A stretch of DNA of 59,581 nucleotides, counting the filler, from Basidiobolus ranarum (Eukaryota), in NCBI GenBank assembly GCA_040143965.1. It is 10 parts of 10 records of this genome, joined end to end, with 100 filler letters (N's around TTAATTAATTAA, not from the genome) between each part and the next. Parts side by side here need not be neighbours in the genome. Positions count along the whole stretch, not along the records: positions 35,852 to 41,713 come from JASJQH010001481.1; positions 41,814 to 47,672 come from JASJQH010001482.1; positions 47,773 to 53,628 come from JASJQH010001483.1; 7 more parts are not named here. One strand, 5' to 3'. Of this stretch, positions 36,971-50,545 are shown in pieces. The position numbers and the translations under genes were made by a program. Each line of letters starts with the position of its first letter. The stretch's first letter is position 1. The notes under the pieces are model-generated. The model had not been told where the DNA came from, did no database searches, and saw only the letters and a list, made by a program, of their open reading frames with translations.

Positions 36971-37458
36971 GTTGTAGGAATATTGTCTGCACTGATGGAC
37001 ATCTACTATACTTGGAAACAGGTGCTATAGACTTTTAGTTAGTATTAAAATACCATAACTGAGGCACCTGATAAGTCTTAGTGCTCGAAGTTTCTACGAC
37101 TTTGTTACAGCTCTTAGTATCCCACAAGGAAATGAAGCACATGCCATGAATGCAGGAGAGAACTACCTCGCGTATTAGGCTAATCAAGGTTTTGTTGGCG
37201 TGATTAGGAATTTTAAGGGGGTTTTTGTAGGCGTAGGAATTGAATGATAATACTAAAATTACTTAAATTCGTGACATTTATTTGGTGTTATAAATAAACC
37301 ATCAATCCACGTGAAAGACTAATGGGCATATTTTTTTCATGACAGGGACAGCATTGAAATTTCTTTTTGCGAAATAGATTAAAATAGAATGGATATATGG
37401 GTGGGTGTATTGCAAGTAACGTGTTTCTCGGTTCGTATAGCCAAAGGAGACGTTCATC

Positions 37459-39837
37459 ATGGAAGTATTAAAGCATAATTTTTTGGAGTTATTTCCCAAG
37501 ATCCAACAAGCCATAAATGAAGCAGACTTTGTAGCTATAGATACCGAACTTACTGGTAATATTCTTACCATTATGGACCCAATTCACCAACAATATTAAG
37601 GTTATTACATTCTCAGGTTTACAACCGATCAAGTCGCGTCTACTCTTTTTGGATAGTCCACAACAGCGATACAGCAAATTAAGACATTCTGCAAATTCTT
37701 TTTTGGTCATTCAATTTGGCCTCTGTACCTTTACTTGGTCACGAGAAAAGAACGCTTATGTCTCAAGACCTTTCAATTTCTACATTTTCCCTGGCTCGGT
37801 CATGGGCGATAGTGGGGGAAATGAACGAACTTTCTTGTGCCAATCTGGAAGTCTTGAATTCTTAAGTGGTTGTAGCTTTGATTTTAACAAGATGATTGCT
37901 TCAGGTATGGTGCTGGTACTGACTGAACTTTGCTTTAGCCAAAAAATAACACAACTATACGTATCGTTTAGGAATTCCATATGTCAACAGAGCCGAGGAG
38001 CTTGTTTTAAAAGCGCGTAGAGAGAACGAGGTTAACAATCCTGATATAGTTATTGATGACAAGAATCGTGAATTTTTTGAAAATACCAGGTAGAAAATTG
38101 GAGTATAGGATTTATCTTTGGCAAGTCGAACTAACCACTTGAGATACACTAGAGGTTTGATTGATGCTTGGCTTCAAGATTCCACCGAGAAGTCACTAGA
38201 GGTTCCTGCCGGCAATGGATATTTAAGGCGCTTGGTTTATCAAATTGTGAGAAACAAGTGAGGGATATTTGATTGAATTCTTGTCGTTGCCAATTTTCTC
38301 ATACTCTGAATTTAGTTATAATGGATTCTTGAGTGCCCAGAAGAAAGACAGAAACATTGAAGTCTTGAAACTGTCGGTCGAGGAAAAAGACAAGAAAGCG
38401 CAAGATGCCGATAACAGAGAGAATGAGGTAGTTACTCTTCTTTAGGGTGGATTTTGAGCACATTGCTAACGTTCTCTACAGTTTAGCAAGATGGTGAACT
38501 TTAGCAGCGTAATCCAGCTACTTGTAGATGCACAAAAGCCCATCGTAGGACACAATTCCTTCTTAGATATGTGCCATACGATGCGTCATTTTGTTGATGA
38601 CTTGCCTCTTCACGTTAAAGAGTGGAAGAATGCGATTCGTAACTTGTGGGAATTGTATGTCAAGTATTTCTATATAAGCACTATAGATTGGTCGCTAACC
38701 AGTCTGATTTTACAGAGTTATCGATACAAAGCATATTGCCAACCAACACCCCGCACTTCAGGTATTATTTGCGATGCTAAATATATAGCATGTGATGCAT
38801 CTTTAACTGACATGAGTACGTCTCAATAGCCTCTGATATATGATCAACAAACCTCCAGTTACCCAACAGCTTTGTCAGATTTGACTGCTAGAGTCGAAAA
38901 AGACCCATTCTCAACAGTAACACCGGCGATTGGTATGTGCTGTTAAAACTCTATCGTTGTTGATGCACTTGGATTGACTTTGTCGTAGGATATGATCCCG
39001 AATTCACTAGATATAACTTATCCGACAGCCCCCTTTATCACGAAGCTGGCTATGATGCGCATTGCACAGGAGTTGTATTCCTTCGTTTGACTCACTATCT
39101 CCTTAGTCTAGAAGGTTGGTATTCTCAGGCCATTATGTACATTTGCAAGCAGCTTTGAACTAATCAATGCTTATCACCTAAAGAATTCAATGTTACCAAT
39201 GTGAGTTCGGCAGTATTCACGTCCCCTTCGATAACCCCCTATTACAACAAACTTAACCTTATGCGCTCCGACCTCAAAACCTTGAATTTACTTGGATCTG
39301 AAGAAGGTAACTGTACCAACCTGCACAATCAATTCATGTATATTACTAACACAAATCTTTGGGATGTTCAGCACCGGAGCCACGTGCCACCCATTTCATT
39401 CTTACCTCAATTCCTCCTAACTTCCGGAACAACGATTTGCAAAGCTTATTCGAAAACCTTGGATCTGTTAGTATCCATTGGGTTGATGATTGGACTTGTT
39501 GCATTGCTGTACACGATGAGAGCAAAATATCAGAAATGCCGCTGGGTAGACTTGGGGATTCTAGAAATGAGGCAGCAGAAGAGGATGGAGAGATTCACGA
39601 GTCAAGCCCATCAGACAACATTGTGATTCACACATACTCAGACTGGTGGAGTCAAATACTCGATGATGGTATTACTAATCAACTGCAATTGAAATTCTGT
39701 TACCACTCACTGATTTGATATCGTATCACACTGATTTTATAGGTAACAACGAGACACCAGCCTCCGTTCATCGTAAACGTCCGCCATTTGACCCCGCTTC
39801 CGTTGATCGTAATTCTAAAATGCGTCGTCTTGGCTAA
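37459..39837 (+). CDS. PARN: poly(A)-specific ribonuclease PARN (CAF1/DEDD nuclease + R3H + RRM), ~11 short introns
   Basis: MEVLKHNF..AINEADFVAIDTELTG, QFGLCTF, FNFYIFP, SLEFL..FDFNK, R3H-like YLRRLVYQ, VGHNSFLD, DTK, HEAGYDA, RRM SIHWVDD; GT-AG introns starting with 37556-37616. Confidence 0.9.
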
Positions 39838-40750
39838 ACGTACAGGCAGTTGGATAGACTACCTCATGACAACTTCACTTTTTCTTCGACTCTATCAATC
39901 TTGAACTAAAGACATACATATATATACGTAATGATTCCGAACGATGTGGTAATCTTCCATTGTTCTAGTTGGTAACGTCTTCGTCTTTTCTTGAAAGAGA
40001 ATTTGTTGCGTGATTATTAAACCTGACCTGTTCAATATTATATACATTTCTCTTGCTCATTTGAATGTGTGTATCTATCTTTAGATTAGATTAAGTAATG
40101 CTGCCCTAGTGGCTACATAGAAATATCGCTGTAATCGTAAAGACCGTGCTCTTGAAATGATGGTTTTGGTACACATAGTATTTGCGTATTGATACTGGTT
40201 AGAAGTGGTTAAGCGTCACAGCACACCAGACATCACCAGCATAAATGTATTGTATACGAATCCTGCTAGACGCTAATCGGTGTAAAGTAGGTTACACGTA
40301 AAATGTGCATATCCCGATCCACCAAGATATGATCCATTGTGGTATCTGGGCAGGCAGCTATGGTGTAGACTCGGAAAATGAATAGATTAGACCATGTTAA
40401 ACACCTGTCAGATTCGACCAAACAAGGGACATCTCTAGCAGCCATCAAGCTTGACAAAGACTGTGTATATACATCGTACATTTATTCATAAACATTATTT
40501 ACCCTGACAAAAATACAAGAACTTCACCAGGAAATAATAGCTAGGGATGCTTCAAGTATGGTGTGGAAGCTAGGGTGTCAAGGTCGAAATCATCACGATT
40601 GCTATTCAAAAATATATACAAAAAGTTTCCAATTATATAAGGCAGATGCAGTCGCGTATTAGTTACAGTCAGATACAAAGAGCTTGTTTTCTTCTCTCGT
40701 TTGATTCGGTTCAGTTTGATTATTATCGTTGATTGGGAAGTGCCTTGGTT

Positions 40751-41713
40751 TCATCTAGACTTTCGCTTTCGATCATTCCCTTGGGTTGAACTCGTAGGAT
40801 TGGCTTCGATATAGGCACCGTGTGAGGTGGGGTAGTGTGCGCTGTAGAGTTCGGAAAACTCCGAATGATCGTTGAACTGAAGGTTTGGAAAGAGGGCATG
40901 TAACTGTGGCAGTGACAAACTTTGATGACAGGACCAATTCAAATTATTGGAAGGATACCCATTCCAGTTACAATTTCCATTCTGCGTGCGCCAGAATAAA
41001 TTCGGAAAACTGCTATCAGAGGGAGTCAATGGGACTGGAACGAACTGCTCAAATACCTCATTATGAACTTGATCCGTTGGAGGATCCAAATTCCAGTTTG
41101 ACGCCTCGTCGTATACGTCGGTAAGGCTTTGATACTCACCGACGGTCTCCGTGGAAATAGACTGGTTTTCACTCCCATCAGGGCTCTCGGAAGCTCTCCC
41201 ATAGCCTTTGATAGGCTTACGAAAGCGATGCTGCTTAAGTAGATCCGAACTCAACTTGATCTCTGCGAGCTCCATAAATGCATGAGGTGGGTGTAATAAG
41301 CCGATATGAACATCTTTATGTATATGTTAGCGCAATTCTTGCAGCAACCACTCTGGATCATGAAATAGATTTTGGGGACTGATGCCACACTTACCTTCTA
41401 CGGTGTGATAGCAGATCAGATGTTGACAGGTATTATTCAGTTCTATAGCGATCGTTTTCTTTATCAGCCCGCCATGTTTGAACACAAAAGTCCCCTTGTT
41501 ACTCTCTAGGACACTGGACTTATCAATATCCTGAAGCTCCGTCTCCTCATCCACCCTATTACTACCAGGCTTTCTGGGAGCAATTTTCTTGTCAAGTTCA
41601 CGGTAGACCAGGAAATTTCCTAATATCCTGGAGGGAGACCACAGTCGGCCATCAGTCCATCGTTTGATTCCACTTTCTTTCTCGTCGAAAACATAGACGG
41701 AACCGGATCTCAG
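40751..41713 (-). CDS. Gti1/Pac2 (WOPR; Wor1/Mit1-like) transcription factor, 5' truncated; intron 41314-41394
   Basis: SGSVYVFDEKESGIKRWTDGRLWSPSRILGNFLVYREL and GLIKKTI..HLICY WOPR motifs. Confidence 0.9.
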
Positions 41714-41813
41714 NNNNNNNNNNNNNNNNNNNNNNNNNNNNNNNNNNNNNNNNNNNNTTAATTAATTAANNNNNNNNNNNNNNNNNNNNNNNNNNNNNNN
41801 NNNNNNNNNNNNN
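41714..41813. other. artificial contig linker
   Basis: N-TTAATTAATTAA-N. Confidence 0.98.
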
Positions 41814-43385
41814 ATAGGTTACTGATTCCTCGAAACGGAAAATTAATACTCCTTCAGGAGGGGAGAATACGGCACCACACACATTGGGGTTATCGATGGG
41901 GACGTAGGCGTAGCGCTCAGTGGGTTTTCCATCAAGATTCTTTGAAACAACAGATAAACGACCTAGAGCGTTGGCGCGAGGACGAGCAATGCGGAAGAGC
42001 AGGACTACTAATGAAATACCAACAGTGGCATAGATACCATCTTCAATAGTGGTAAAGAATGTGACTACTACACCAATGACGAAGATGAAAAACTCCAGAT
42101 AACTGACTCTCCAAAGTTCTTTCAGAGCTTGAGGTCCGGAAATTAGGTCTCCAACAGCATGAATGATAACCGATGCTAGAGTGGCATCAGGAATATAGTA
42201 GAAAGCAGGGGTTAGAGCATATAGAGCCAATAAGACAATGACACCAGCATAGACACCGGCGATTGGAGTTCTCACACCAGATTTAGCTTTGATAGCAGTA
42301 CGCGAGAACGAACCAGTGGCTGGGTAAGCGGAAAAGAAAGAGGCGATGATATTCGTAAAGCCGATGGCAATCACTTCCTGGTTGGGATCGATTTTATAAT
42401 CATTAACTCTACCGAAAGACTTGGCAATGGCAACGTGTTCCATGATCAATACAAGTGTTACAACAGGTAGAGAAGAGGCAACAAGACTGATCAATTCAGA
42501 ATCCATGACAGGAACACGAACCTCCCGAAAACCGGAAGGAACATTCTTTAGAATGCTGATGGGGCTAGTGGTCTTGCCGATATTGATCAAGAAAGAAATC
42601 AGAGTTGCAAAAATGATCAAAATGGCATTACGAGAAATACCGAAGAAGAAAAGTGGGCGTTCAAATCTAGGGAATCGTTTGGAGAAATGAGCTACACCCC
42701 ATCGGATACCGTAAAGCCAAAGAAGACCAGTAAGTCCGAACACTGCATCCAATTTTGTGCGACCAAGTCCTGACAAACTATTTGCAAGAACTTCGTAATA
42801 CGCACCTCTGGTATTGACTCCGGGGATACCCATCAGTTTGGTGAATTGGCCGATAATGATGGTGATTGCGGAGCCAGTCATGTAACCAGCAATAGCAGGA
42901 TGTGGAATGAAATCCACTATGAACCCTAATCTAAGCAACCCAAGCGCAAACGAGATACAACCAGACATTAAACACAGGGCAACAGAAATTTGAACGTTAG
43001 TGTAGGTGGTATTCTTATCCAGGATAGTGCCGATGATTTGTGCGAGAAGTTGGGACATGACAGCGACAGGACCGATTGTGATATCCTTAGATGTGGCGAA
43101 GAAGCAGTATACAATAACTCCAACAAAGGAGGAATAGAGACCATATTGAGGTGGAAGGGTTGCTAGCTTCGCGTAAGCCATACTTTGAGGAACTACAACG
43201 GCACCCACAGTGATACCAGCAATTAAATCCCCAATAAACCAAGTCATGTTATAGTGACCAATCCAATCTACGATTGGAAGAAGCGACCTAACATACCCAG
43301 CAGCATAAGACGGAACTTGACTGGATAATTGCTTGACCTGATCTTTAAACGATACTTGATGATCGTCAATGTAAACAGAAGACAT
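41814..43385 (-). CDS. SulP/SLC26 sulfate permease, truncated in the STAS domain
   Basis: GDLIAGITVGAVVVPQSMAYAKLA..YGLYSSF, GPVAVMS, NQEVIAIG, TGSFSRTA, STAS start GVLIFR. Confidence 0.95.
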
Positions 43386-46300
43386 ATTGGTTCCAATAAA
43401 CTAAGAAAAGGTAATAGTTGATAGAAGAGTAATCAAAAGCTACCAAGGGGAGTTAGTTGGATGATGGACACTAGTTGTGCGCACCGCTGCTTATATAGGA
43501 GAAACCAAGCTAAGATGGCGTCAATTAATAACAGGAAATTTTTAAGTTATCATATTGCACCATTTTTGCTAGGAATTGCTTGCGACTAATGTGAGATTTC
43601 CCGATGTTTGACAGAACAACTTTTTCTAGCTCAGGGTCAGCGCTCTTTTAACAATCGCTTATTTATTTTGTGAGACTGAGGATCCAAATTAGGAAATTCT
43701 CTGGATTGCAACATCTAACACCAGCACTGCGCAATGGTTAAGATCGATTGAAGCGCTTTTGCAATGAGTGGCTTTTAACTTTAAAGTTTGAATTGACGAC
43801 CAACAGAAAATAAGATGTTGTGGCCACAAGGTTAAACTTGGCCGGAAATTCTCGAGTTTTATCGAAGGCGAATAATCACATAGCCATCACGAAATCGCCG
43901 GGTTTATTTATAGAATTCATATCAAAAACCTAATCTTCAAAATGATGGATATTTCCAATAGCTCATGTTGAGTACACACTAGGAATCCATCGACTCCGAT
44001 GCTCTTTACCACAAAATCCGATCAGCCGAAGTAGTACGAGGCAGTTTCCTTCACCATGACAAAACACAATCACTAATACAATGTACGCGTGATTAGTTTA
44101 CGCAGCAGTAGCTCTTCAGTACAGAGAAAATCTTGCTTGGGCATAAATATGGAACAATCCTTGTAGGCCCAGAATGCTCACCTAGTGATACTTTTGATAC
44201 TTGGAAAGGGCAAGAAATTACACAGCAGCAACCAGCTTTGCCATCTTTTTGGATCACGAGATATTGATTAGATCGAAATGAAGTCTAGCTAGTTTTAGAC
44301 CGATTGAAAGGGATTTAGAGTTTAGGTAATATTGTAGAGTATGGGTAATATTGATGAGGTAAATTGAAGCTTGTCCTCTTGCCAACAACATCTGATGACT
44401 CAAATAGGTATCTTCCCCAATAATGAACCCAATTCATGCTGTGCCATGAGTCTCAAAATTAGCGAGACAGACAGTATCGAAATGTTTGAAGCGGCCATAC
44501 AATAACGCAATACTTGTCTAAATCAGGTTCATATCTGGGTGTTAGGCTCTGGTTTCTGCTCTTTATATAATACAGCTTATGTATCAGTCAGAGAGGGGTC
44601 AGAATGTAGGCAATTTACAGTCCATTACAAGTTTAGAAATAGAAATTCTGCTGCGTTGTATATAGAACTATCAGAGACACCATCATGAAAGCTTCTCCTT
44701 AATTGGTCTCTATATAGGTATTGAGTGGAAAATATATGCTGAAGATGATTCTATTAGTCTTGGGAACACAGCCGAACACGAGAGATAGAAACATATTATG
44801 TTTTTGAGGCTCGTGCTGAAACAATACTGTTCCTATATTGGGGATATACTTTGGATCTTTTGTTAACTAAAACGGGAGTCGATTCACGATACGGTAGTTC
44901 TTTTAACCTAATTTTTAGGCAGATTCTCAAAATTGGGAAATAGGAAGTAGTAAGTTGCTGATTCTCATATGCTGTCAAAGGATACTCGACAGGTGAGCGG
45001 TAGCATGCTAAAACGGAAGCGTTAGGCAAGTGGAGCCTGTTTTAACTCATTTGAGTAGGTTTCTTTTTTTACGTGGGGCCTCTGATGAGCACCACATTTC
45101 ATTCGTAGAAGTTTATTAGAGATAAGCAAGTATGACAACAACCGCTCTTATTGCGTTAGCTATGCAACTGCAAAAATTACAAAGCGATCAAGTGATAAGT
45201 TGACGCCATATTAATCTAGCCTATGCTAAAAGATTGTATTAGAGGATTTGTAGCACATCGTAGGCGATATATGCACCTACTTCTCAAGGGGTCTAAGAAA
45301 CTGGTTTGTCAATAGACCATATGAAGTGGTTATACAGAGTCTAATTTCTATACCCCCAAAGGGTCCATCTGGAAAGGTAAATCAGCAGGCCCTTGGCTTG
45401 TGTAAGAACTCAACTAAGTTATCGCAACCCAATGACTTTAGATGAGCACATACATCTCGTGTAAGCATCTAACCCCGTTCATTTGTAGAAGGCAGGGAGC
45501 ATCCGTATGTTACCCATATGGTCTCATTTCATCTGATGTGTATGTAATTGAGAATTTGGATTCTTAGGTTATATGCATGCATGATGCTATATTTCACAGG
45601 TAAAAAACCAGCTTTCATTCGAGTGTCTCATATTATATGGAGAGTGAATTCATTGGCCACTCTCAGGAATCGAAAGCGTATCTTTGCTTTACCAGGTGAA
45701 TCTGTATGGCATCACTTAATTGAGGGGTCTTTCAATACAGTTGCTATTTCAAAGACAAATCACGTAGCACGTACTATAGATAACAGCAATTCATGTGGCA
45801 CACATATGCTTATCAAATCATAAGCAGCATTGCCTACGTTTTCGACTGCAGGATGGGATGAAAGACCACCGACAAGGGACGATGGGCCAGTCGTTTGTTT
45901 ACGTTGAAATCGATTATCCATCCTCAAATGGAGATCTTGCCATAAATACAACGATTAGATCTAAGCTTGATGCTAATCAGCTGGTGGAATAGAGCTGGGT
46001 TACACGTAGCTTAGTGGCTCAGATAGTTGCCATTGGAGACCAATTTTGAATGTGGAGATCAGGATTGATAGCATTAATACCGTTACATCTTGGAGCTTCC
46101 ACCTAATATTACTTTTACGGCGCAAGTTACCAGAATGATATGCTAATTTCATTACCCCATGCATAATTCGTTTGATTTGGACATAGCATTAAACATAGTG
46201 CGAGTCACATTGCCCAAACATTGATCAGGAATCATATACTCAACTGAACTAGCCAGGAGCTAATTTGAGCTGAGCTGAAAACCAGTGTGGATACTCACCC

Positions 46301-47174
46301 GGTGAGGTGATTGATTGGTTTTTTTCACTCCATTAGATTCAGGTTTATATCTAGCCAATCTATTGCTTGATTGATGTTGTCATTAGGCATATCTCCTATA
46401 TGCTTATCTGAATATTGTCTAATTTATGCATTTCCTGGAATCATCAATATATGCAAAATTGGAGGTAAATATGTTTGTTTTCCGATGAGCATGTTCGTTT
46501 GTTGTAGAGAAAGGAACGATGTCACGCAAATGCTGCCATAGAGGCAGCTTATGACGAGCATTTAGGCATCGAGCCTTCGCTTGGCAATCCCTGAAAATAG
46601 TATCCAAATGTAAAATATTGGGTTTAGCGCTGCAGCTGCTGGAACAAGTTTCAAAACATGGTTGCCATGGTAAATTGTATCATTGTTCTCGAATCCAACC
46701 TATTTGTAGAGGACATTAGGGGTTTTTAATGCAAAGATTCGATATTTATCATCAACATACATATACAATATGCATATCTGCTAGAATTATTATTAGTACT
46801 AATAAAAGTTCTGAGAAAAAGAAAGTAATGTGGTGGACAAGGTGTAATGGCTAACCAACAGATTCTGACTGAAAGCAGAAAAAGTGTAAGAAAAGTTTCC
46901 TTTGCAATACTTTGAGAAGAGAAAATACTCTCAAATTCTTGACATGTACAAAGCCATACGGTATTACTGCCTGTTACAGTTTTTGCATTTGTGCGCTTGG
47001 GGAATATTTGTTTATTGATAACAATGGTCCACCTTTATCCTTGAATGTAGTAAAACCACAGTAGGGTGATTTTTAACACACTTAAGATGTATCCTTTGGC
47101 CTTGAAATTTCTAGTATAACTATGTATATCTAATCATGTTAATGTTTGATAATACTGTGAGGGAGATATCATTT

Positions 47175-47489
47175 TGTTCAAGTATTGCTTCTGGAAGTGG
47201 TTTGGAGAATTAGAGAAATTGGTGGCTTTCACTTATTGATTTCTTGAGCAGAAAGTAGACATTTATACTTATGTCAAGATGTAAAAAATCTAATATGTTG
47301 AATGTGTTGGAAGCCCCAAACTTTGCTCATATTTTCATGGAACCTTTACTGACACATTCTTCAGGTCTTATGCTTACATTTTAAAAAACTGCAGATGTCA
47401 ACTCTCTGCTCACCAACAAACTAAGTAAAAACCATTAACATTTCAAGGTCTACAAACCACTTCCAACAAATTGCCAAAATACTTCAGCA
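47175..47489. mobile_element. two fused head-to-head LTR-A 3' halves (minus 47175-~47305; plus ~47306-47489)
   Basis: Left arm matches the reverse complement of the LTR-A 3' ~150 bp; right arm matches the LTR-A 3' ~190 bp (more diverged). Confidence 0.7.
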
Positions 47490-47503
47490 GGTTATGTGCC
47501 CCA
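47490..47503 (+). other. Copia-type primer binding site (internal tRNA-iMet type)
   Basis: GGTTATGTGCCCCA directly after LTR ..CA; copia/Ty5-type consensus GGTTATGGGCCCA. Confidence 0.65.
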
Positions 47504-47672
47504 AGCTTGCACATCTATGTTGGCCAACTCTTGTACCATTGGAGTTTCCCCTTGTCTGAGATTTTGGATGGAACCATTTATCTAGCTTTGATAATTGAGA
47601 TGTAATTTTCCAGCCAAATACAGACCTTCTAACACTGTTATTTGAGAGGAAATTCATGCAAGGCCCTTGAAA

Positions 47673-47772
47673 NNNNNNNNNNNNNNNNNNNNNNNNNNNN
47701 NNNNNNNNNNNNNNNNTTAATTAATTAANNNNNNNNNNNNNNNNNNNNNNNNNNNNNNNNNNNNNNNNNNNN
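47673..47772. other. artificial contig linker
   Basis: N-TTAATTAATTAA-N. Confidence 0.98.
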
Positions 47773-48985
47773 ATGGATGTAAAAACAGCATTTCTGAATG
47801 GAAATGTGGAAAAAGATATAGATATGGAGCAACTGGACGGATTTGCTGACCCTAGATACCCTGAGATGGTCTGTAAACTGAAAAACTTGCTGGATGCACT
47901 CAAGCAAGCACCCAGGGCATGGTCCAACAAGATGAAAATCTACTGTGAATCACTAGAATTCCAAAAATGAACAGCTGATCATAGTAGTTACATCAAAACA
48001 ACCAGAAATTGAATCCTTATCTTGGCACTATATGAGGATAACTTAATCATAGCCATCAATGATCTAGAAGCACTTAATCAGAAATATTGCAGCTTTTCAA
48101 ACCAATTTCAGATGACCACTATGGGTGAATTAAGTTATTTTCTTGGAATTCAAATCAACAGAGATAAACACAATGAGAAAATCATGCTGAATCAGTCTAG
48201 ATACATCCTGCATATCCTAAAGCAAATCATCATGGGAATAGCAAGCCTGTATTTACAGCAATGGATCCAAGTGTGAAATTGATAAAAATATGATCCAATT
48301 TGGCTAAAAATGACTCAAATCAAAGCCAGGAGTTCCCTTATCAATCCATGGTGGGTAGTTTATTGTATACAATGGTTGCAAAATGTCTACACATTGCTGT
48401 GGCAATGGGAACTGTCAGTCAATACCTCAAAAGTCCGTGATCTGAGCACAAAACTGCAGTGGAACAGATATTCAGGAATTTGACAGGAACTGTAGATCTA
48501 GTTCTGCAATGCTCTGCTACTTCTGTTGCATAAAAATTTGAAGGCTTAAGTAATGCAGATTGGGAAAGAGACCTTGATAATAGAAGATCATCTACTATGT
48601 GCACTTTTCTCTTTGGTAATGGAGCCATAACTTGGAATAGTAAGAAGGAACCAACCATAGCACTTTCCACTACAGACGCAGAGTATATTGCTACCTCTGC
48701 TACTAAGCAAGAAGCTACATGGTTAAGCAAGTTATTTACGGGCTTAGGATAGAGGCAAAAATGTGCTATTTCTGTTTTTGATGATAATCAAAGTTGTATT
48801 TCCTTAACCAATAACCCTACACTTCATTCTAGAACAAAACATATATATATCAGGCACAACTTTGCCAGAGAAGCAATAAAGAAAGATATAATTGAACTTG
48901 TCTATTGCCCTACTAAAGCAATGATTGCTGACATCTTAACCAAACCTGTAGCAAATGCACAATTTGAATTATCAAGATAATATTG
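47773..48985 (+). mobile_element. degenerate Copia RT-RNase H
   Basis: MDVKTAFLNG, LKQAPRAW, LYEDN (YVDD), MGELSYFLGI, YQSMVGSLLY, ALSTTDAEY, HSRTKHI, MIADILTKP. Confidence 0.92.
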
Positions 48986-48994
48986 AAGTTAAGT

Positions 48995-49370
48995 AATTAG
49001 GAACTCTTCACTTATTAGTTAGTTTATTGATATTCAGATTAATAAGCATTCAATTCTGCCATTCAATAATGTGTGTTTATTGCTCTAGTTGACAGAAATA
49101 TAAATTAGATCACCGTTGCCAATTTTCACTGTTCTCTCAAAACTTCTGCAAATCACCTCAAATTTTCACCTATGCTTATTAGGCTTGTTTGTTATGATCT
49201 AAGCATGTCCAACAGCCCTTTTTTATAGTAAGCTCTAAATAGGGCATGGTCAATTGAATACAACTAAAGTGTCTAATTCATAAATTCATACCTTGTCCAA
49301 ACACTTCCATATTACCTAAACACTTTATTTAGTTTCCTGTACCAAAGTAGTTTGTCAATCAGGAAGAATC
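48995..49370 (+). repeat. diverged ~370-bp dispersed repeat (candidate LTR family C), copy 1
   Basis: Aligns with ~51755-52135 (GCCA.TCAA.AATG.GTGTT.ATTGCT..; GCAAATCAC.TCAAATTTTCACC.ATGC); follows the RNase H end. Confidence 0.55.
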
Positions 49371-49739
49371 TGATTTGCAATGATATGTAACTATCATATA
49401 TATATAATGTTAGACTTTATTGGTTTCAATCAGAATTAGGGATCTTTTTATATCATTGGTCAAAAAGTTAAAGTTAATTTCCTTTAGATTGATCAAGCAT
49501 AAAACATTCTGCATTGAGTTGTTTCAACATGTATTGAAAATTAATTGATATTTACCAAATATGATAAACTTTGTTGATGTAGTTTATTATTTAATTTCCA
49601 TGCAATTACACATAATTGAAATCACTTTGATTATGAACAAAAACAAAAATTTTATTACACAGAATATAGGGAATTTTACCTCAATAATTCAAATTCTTGG
49701 ATAAATATCTCATGCAAGCCTTATCAATCAGTATTGTGC

Positions 49740-50545
49740 CAGCTCAATACAAGATTAGTACCATGCTCTCCATATACTTTAAACATTCATTCCTCATTAA
49801 TCCAAAAGCAACTAACTACTGGCTTTCCTATCACCACCCTAAAAGCTATATTTGAGAAGTACTGTGGCTCATATACTTCAAAACCTACCAGAAAGCAGGT
49901 AGTCAATTTGTTTTGTTACTACTAACACTATTGTTCAATCAGATTTTGGTGCTCTAAAAATGTTAGTAAAAGTGGGAGAAGCTTCCACACCAGGCTTCTA
50001 GTAAGTGAGAATCTTCTTGCTTCAGTGATGAATGATTAAAGGAGCTTGCGATCCACAATTCAGAGACTCTACTTTCCTTCCATTTCCTGGAGCATTTCCC
50101 AATAGAGTTCTTTTTGGAAGTATTCTTGATGCATTTCTTGTGAGAATTTACAGGCCCAAATGCAGCCAAAAGCTATTCTATTCTCGCAAGTACAAAGCAC
50201 ACTTTGTAAAGTTCCAAGCTTTACTAGATTGGGAAAGAAACATCATTTGTTTAGTGGGTCACATCTAGGAAGACACCATGTCAAAAGGCTTTGGGTTGAG
50301 ACACGTGCACCATTTGTAAGATATGAGAAGACAATGGCCAATTTGGCACATGTTGGTGAAGAATACCAAAGGCTAGGATGGGTCATAGCTAACAAGAGGC
50401 CCAGAGAAGAGATACTCACAGAGAGGCAAAAGCTTCATAAAGACATTTTTTCCCATTGAAGAGCAAGAGTGGAACACAGCATTGGTTTCCTAAGGTGATA
50501 TAGCATTGTAGCAGGAAAGTAAAGAGGAAAATCATTTTTTGGGCC
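49740..50545 (+). mobile_element. degenerate ISL2EU/PIF-Harbinger-like transposase (HTH + DDE_Tnp_4-like)
   Basis: LFCYY*HY..VSKS; GSILDAF.VRIYRP..QKLFYSRKYKAHFVKFQ..D; G.HH..LW; MANLAHVG (~LAD.GY.G); ILTERQK..RARVEHSIG.L. Confidence 0.7.
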
